From positions 58,426-78,425 of the IMG/VR virus record IMGVR_UViG_3300050015_000917: a stretch of 20,000 nucleotides of DNA. The stretch is one strand, 5' to 3'. Both the position numbers and the translations under genes were made by a program. Below the pieces are notes generated by a model. That model had not been told where the DNA came from and did not search any database. It worked only from the letters and a program-made list of their open reading frames with translations. Positions within the stretch are counted from its first letter, which is position 1. Each line of letters opens with the position of its first letter. Source of the stretch: an uncultured virus (IMG/VR IMGVR_UViG_3300050015_000917) (lineage: Duplodnaviria > Heunggongvirae > Uroviricota > Caudoviricetes). This document shows positions 16,913 through 20,000 of the stretch, piece by piece.

Positions 16913-17518
16913 ATGGATAGGATAGGACAAATTAATAGGGGATCCATACTTGGAGAAAAAATTTATGAATTATCTAGACTTCTAGAAGTAAAGACCATTG
17001 TTGAAATAGGAACCTGGAATGGAATGGGTTCTACAAAATGTATTTACGATGCAGTTATTGGTACTAAAAAAGAAGTTTGGTCTTTAGAATGTAATTTAAT
17101 CCGAATTGGAGAAGCAAAAGTAAATTTAGTATTTTTACCTTCATCCTTTAAAATTATTCACGGAACAATTGTAACATATCAAGAATTAGCCCCGAAGATG
17201 AATATTCTTGAAAATGATACTCTTAAAAATTGGTTAAAAGAAGATCTTGGATGGATTAAAACCTCTCCATATGTTTTGGATCAATTACCAGAAAAAATAG
17301 ATTTATATATTATTGATGGAGGAGAATTCTCAGGTTATATTGAATTTAATAAATTATGGAAAAAATGCAAATTTATAGTTTTAGATGATACAATTTCTAA
17401 TAAACATACTCAAACTAGAAAATTTATTTTAGAAAATCCCGATAAATTTAAAATATTAGATGATAATCTAAAAGATCGAAATGGCTTTTTAATTTGCGAA
17501 GTATGTACAATTTTATAA
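16913..17518 (+). CDS. class I SAM-dependent methyltransferase
   Basis: IVEIGTWNGMGST, IIDGGEF and IVLDD. Confidence 0.75.
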   Translation: MDRIGQINRGSILGEKIYELSRLLEVKTIVEIGTWNGMGSTKCIYDAVIGTKKEVWSLECNLIRIGEAKVNLVFLPSSFKIIHGTIVTYQELAPKMNILENDTLKNWLKEDLGWIKTSPYVLDQLPEKIDLYIIDGGEFSGYIEFNKLWKKCKFIVLDDTISNKHTQTRKFILENPDKFKILDDNLKDRNGFLICEVCTIL

Positions 17519-18277
17519 ATGGAAATTCCTTTTCCGAAATAGCTAATTTTAAAATAAATAGATAGAGATCGAAACGAATTATCTGCTGAATTATTTCGAA
17601 AAAATTCAATAATTTATTGTAAAACTGATTTTTTAGATATTTTGTTTAATTACATCAGAGTATCCGGACGAAAATATATTCTCATCTCTCATATGTCGGA
17701 TCTTCCATTAAATATTGCAAGATTTTCATTAAAACCGTCATGTATAAAAAAATGGTATGCTCAAAATGCAACTTATGACGATCCTAATCTTATTTCTATT
17801 CCCATTGGATTAGAAAATCATACTGGAGGTTCTAAAGGAAAATTTACAAATCATCAATGGTTTTTTCAAAATATTGAAAAATTAAAATCAAATCTTAAAT
17901 CTGGAATTTATTGTAATTGGGGGTTAACAAATGATTATAGAAAGAAAATACTAGAAAAAATAAAAGTTCCTTATTACTGGGAAGAAAAACTTTCTTTTGA
18001 ACAATATTGCGAAAATATGTCTCATCATAAATATGTTATTTGTCCTCCGGGAAATGGAGTTGATACTCATCGATTATGGGAAGCTCTTTATTTAGGCTGT
18101 ATTCCAATTGTTCTAAAACACAGAATTTATAGAGATTATAATTTATCTATTATTCAAGTAAATAGTTGGGAAGAAATTACACAGGAACTATTGGATCAAC
18201 TGGTTTCAGAAAATACCGAACAACTCTATATGACCTATTGGAAAAAAAGAATTCTAACAGAATTTCAAAATCTATAA
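17503..18277 (+). pseudogene. exostosin/GT47-like glycosyltransferase, frameshifted near the 5' end
   Basis: KYVICPPGNGVDTHRLWEALYLGCIPIV is the exostosin-type motif. The ATG 17503 frame stops at TAG 17563-17565 while the main frame opens at 17558. Removing one AATA at 17553-17560 fuses them. Confidence 0.7.
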
Positions 18278-18282
18278 CAAAG

Positions 18283-18308
18283 AAAAAGGGCTTTATTTAA
18301 GCCCTTTT
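18283..18308. terminator. bidirectional Rho-independent terminator
   Basis: AAAAGGGCTT-tattt-AAGCCCTTTT between convergent genes. Confidence 0.8.
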
Positions 18309-18315
18309 AGATTAT

Positions 18316-18939
18316 TTATCCTAATGAACCTGCTGTAAGTTTCCATTGATAAAAAGTTCCTGCTGCAACTTTAAGATATAATGATGTATCAACTGCCGTC
18401 ATATCATAAACTGCTAAACTTGCATCTCTCAGACCTGCCCCAGCACCAGGGATAAATCTTATTCTTACCCCTATTGAAGCATCCGAATTTATGAATTTTA
18501 ATCCAACTGAAGCATTAGTTGCAAATGTTTTATCTGCTGTCTGAAGAGCAACAATAGAAGCATCCGTATTTACAAATTTTAATCCTACTGAAACATTAGT
18601 GGTAAATACAGCAATTGAAGCATCTACATATTCTTTAGTTACAGCATCCGAAATACTAGCTATGCTTACTTCAAGAAATGTTCCGTTCCATACAAAGTCA
18701 TTGCCTAAAGAAGCTTCGTGTAGAAAATTAGCAATCCCTATTGAAGCATTAGTTGCAAAAGGTGCTAATGAAGCATCTATATAAGCAATGCTTAATCCAA
18801 TATTACCACTAGTGTCAATTTTAATAAGTTGAGCATTTACAGCAGTAACAATATTCTTAAAATTATCAATATTTCCACCATAATTATTGGAGGTCATATT
18901 TCCTGAAACCATCGAAAAATTAGGATCTATAAGTTCCAT
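18316..18939 (-). CDS. DAS/NAS-repeat protein, probable virion structural/decoration protein
   Basis: 207 aa with about ten (D/N/E)xS repeats, directly downstream of the capsid gene and with its own TATAAATA box. Confidence 0.75.
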   Translation of the reverse strand: MELIDPNFSMVSGNMTSNNYGGNIDNFKNIVTAVNAQLIKIDTSGNIGLSIAYIDASLAPFATNASIGIANFLHEASLGNDFVWNGTFLEVSIASISDAVTKEYVDASIAVFTTNVSVGLKFVNTDASIVALQTADKTFATNASVGLKFINSDASIGVRIRFIPGAGAGLRDASLAVYDMTAVDTSLYLKVAAGTFYQWKLTAGSLG

Positions 18940-18967
18940 ATCTAAAAATTATTTTACTTTTATTCTT

Positions 18968-18980
18968 TATTTATATATTC
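18968..18980 (-). promoter_or_regulatory. T4-type late promoter
   Basis: Minus strand GAATATATAAATA contains an exact TATAAATA (18975-18968), about 30 nt upstream of ATG 18939. Confidence 0.6.
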
Positions 18981-19016
18981 ATACAAAGAAATTAAAAATA
19001 TCTGGTTATTCAACAC

Positions 19017-19046
19017 AAAAAAGAGGATCATTTCGATCCTCTTTTT
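19017..19046 (-). terminator. Rho-independent terminator of the capsid gene
   Basis: AAAAAAGAGGATC-atttc-GATCCTCTTTTT inverted repeat 20 nt past the MCP stop. Confidence 0.8.
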
Positions 19047-19066
19047 ATTTTATATCTGATTACTTA

Positions 19067-20000
19067 TTAAATAAGTCCACCAGAATTTGTGTTGATGAAA
19101 AGTGTGAGATATTGCGTTTCAGGATGCCATCCAGCATCTACAAGAGCATATCTTGTTTTGATGATAACCTTAGGAGCACCAGTTCCTTCTGTGATAAGCT
19201 TAACTGATTCAGCCATTAAATATGGGCAGAATATAACACCTGGTTCGTCAGATGAACCTTTTCTTCCTACAAGTACTCTTGTGTCAGAATAGATCATGTT
19301 AGGATCTACATAAAGGGTCATACCAGCGATAGTACCTAGTGGATAAAGTGAACCATTGTTCTGGTTGAAAGTATTAGCTATTGGGCTAAATGTGTACTGT
19401 GCATTGCTCTGAAGAGCGGTAGCAAGTTTAAGGTTTGTAACTATAAAGTTAGCAGGACCTCTTCTACCTCTTTGCATAACAACATTACCAGCAGCAAGAA
19501 TCTGAGCCATAACTCTCTTGATAAGAGTATCTTGGTTTTCGAATGTAGCTCCAACGACTGAAGCGTAAGTTGCGAAACCTGGAATTGTCATTGATTCTGT
19601 TGAGAAAGCTGTATCTCCATTAGGATAAGCATAAGCAGCTGATGTAAGAGAACCCGTTGATACGCAGTTCATGTTAAGGTTAATACCTTCAACATTATTA
19701 GCTGCAATGTGGTTTTTCCATCCTAGACCAAATAGTCTTGAAAGGATGTGTTTGTTAATGCTCTGGCTGATTTCGTTGATACCAGCGTTTTCTACCATTG
19801 CTATAACATCAATACCCCATTGTTTGTTAAGGTCTTGAATCTGTTCCTGGGTTACAGAAACTGATACCTGATATGTTCCAACCTGAACAAATTTAGTGAA
19901 TAGCTGGAGGCCAAGTGCTCTTGGATATTCCATTTCACCAACTCCTCTTTCCATTGGTTCATAAAGAGTAGTTCCACTTACGAAAGTTCCATCCCATTTA
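19067..20000 (-). CDS. major capsid protein, T4 gp23-like (5' part outside the window)
   Basis: EQIQDL...GID, RRGPANFIVT, GTIAGMTLYVDP, LVGRKG, GVIFCPY and TGAPKVIIKTRYAL. The frame stays open upstream of 19954 (KWDGTFVSGTTLYEPM...). Confidence 0.9.
   Translation of the reverse strand, partial: KWDGTFVSGTTLYEPMERGVGEMEYPRALGLQLFTKFVQVGTYQVSVSVTQEQIQDLNKQWGIDVIAMVENAGINEISQSINKHILSRLFGLGWKNHIAANNVEGINLNMNCVSTGSLTSAAYAYPNGDTAFSTESMTIPGFATYASVVGATFENQDTLIKRVMAQILAAGNVVMQRGRRGPANFIVTNLKLATALQSNAQYTFSPIANTFNQNNGSLYPLGTIAGMTLYVDPNMIYSDTRVLVGRKGSSDEPGVIFCPYLMAESVKLITEGTGAPKVIIKTRYALVDAGWHPETQYLTLFINTNSGGLI

Noticed and set aside
17563..17565. TAG read-through / genetic code 15 as in some jumbo phages
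   Set aside because: Reading through this TAG reaches TGA eight codons later and does not join the GT frame. The other long genes are intact in code 11.
10060..18277. Cluster as a bacterial LPS/capsule locus or chimeric contig
   Set aside because: No wzx/wzy/ABC export or sugar-synthesis genes. It is flanked seamlessly by phage genes and terminators and includes phage-type small ORFs. Read mapping would still be a useful check.
18470..18780. Recurring TGAAGCAT repeats as a CRISPR or regulatory array
   Set aside because: Short, irregularly spaced and in frame. Explained by the DAS/NAS codons.
18599..19292. Plus-strand ORFs 18599..18784, 18887..19207, 19089..19292
   Set aside because: Shadows of the repeat protein and MCP. 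One crosses a terminator.
1..20000. tRNA, rRNA, introns, inteins, transposases
   Set aside because: Intergenic gaps are short and AT-rich, and no such signatures were recognised by eye.

Overview
AT-rich, gene-dense segment of a large T4-superfamily-like (probably jumbo) dsDNA phage, read in the standard genetic code. From left to right: (1) a minus-strand nucleotide-metabolism block with an orphan HicB-like gene, a thymidylate-synthase-fold enzyme carrying the Asp signature of dCMP-modifying enzymes, and a dNMP kinase fused to a uracil-DNA-glycosylase-like domain; (2) probable head/internal proteins around a divergent late-type promoter, including a SET-domain protein with an atypical RHSxxPN motif, two paralogous coiled-coil proteins and a Glu-rich protein, many with T4-like (I/L)xE protease/capsid-targeting-like leaders; (3) an 8.2 kb plus-strand glycan-building cluster with two GT25s, a GT10 fucosyltransferase, a NodZ/GT23-like fucosyltransferase, DUF5672, two further putative GTs, three SAM methyltransferases and an exostosin/GT47-like gene frameshifted by an AATA duplication; (4) a convergent DAS/NAS-repeat protein and the C-terminal part of a gp23-like major capsid protein. 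The leading hypotheses are a phage-encoded fucosylated, O-methylated glycan system (possibly coating the virion) and a cytosine-modification pathway. All family calls come from motif recognition by eye; no database searches were run.
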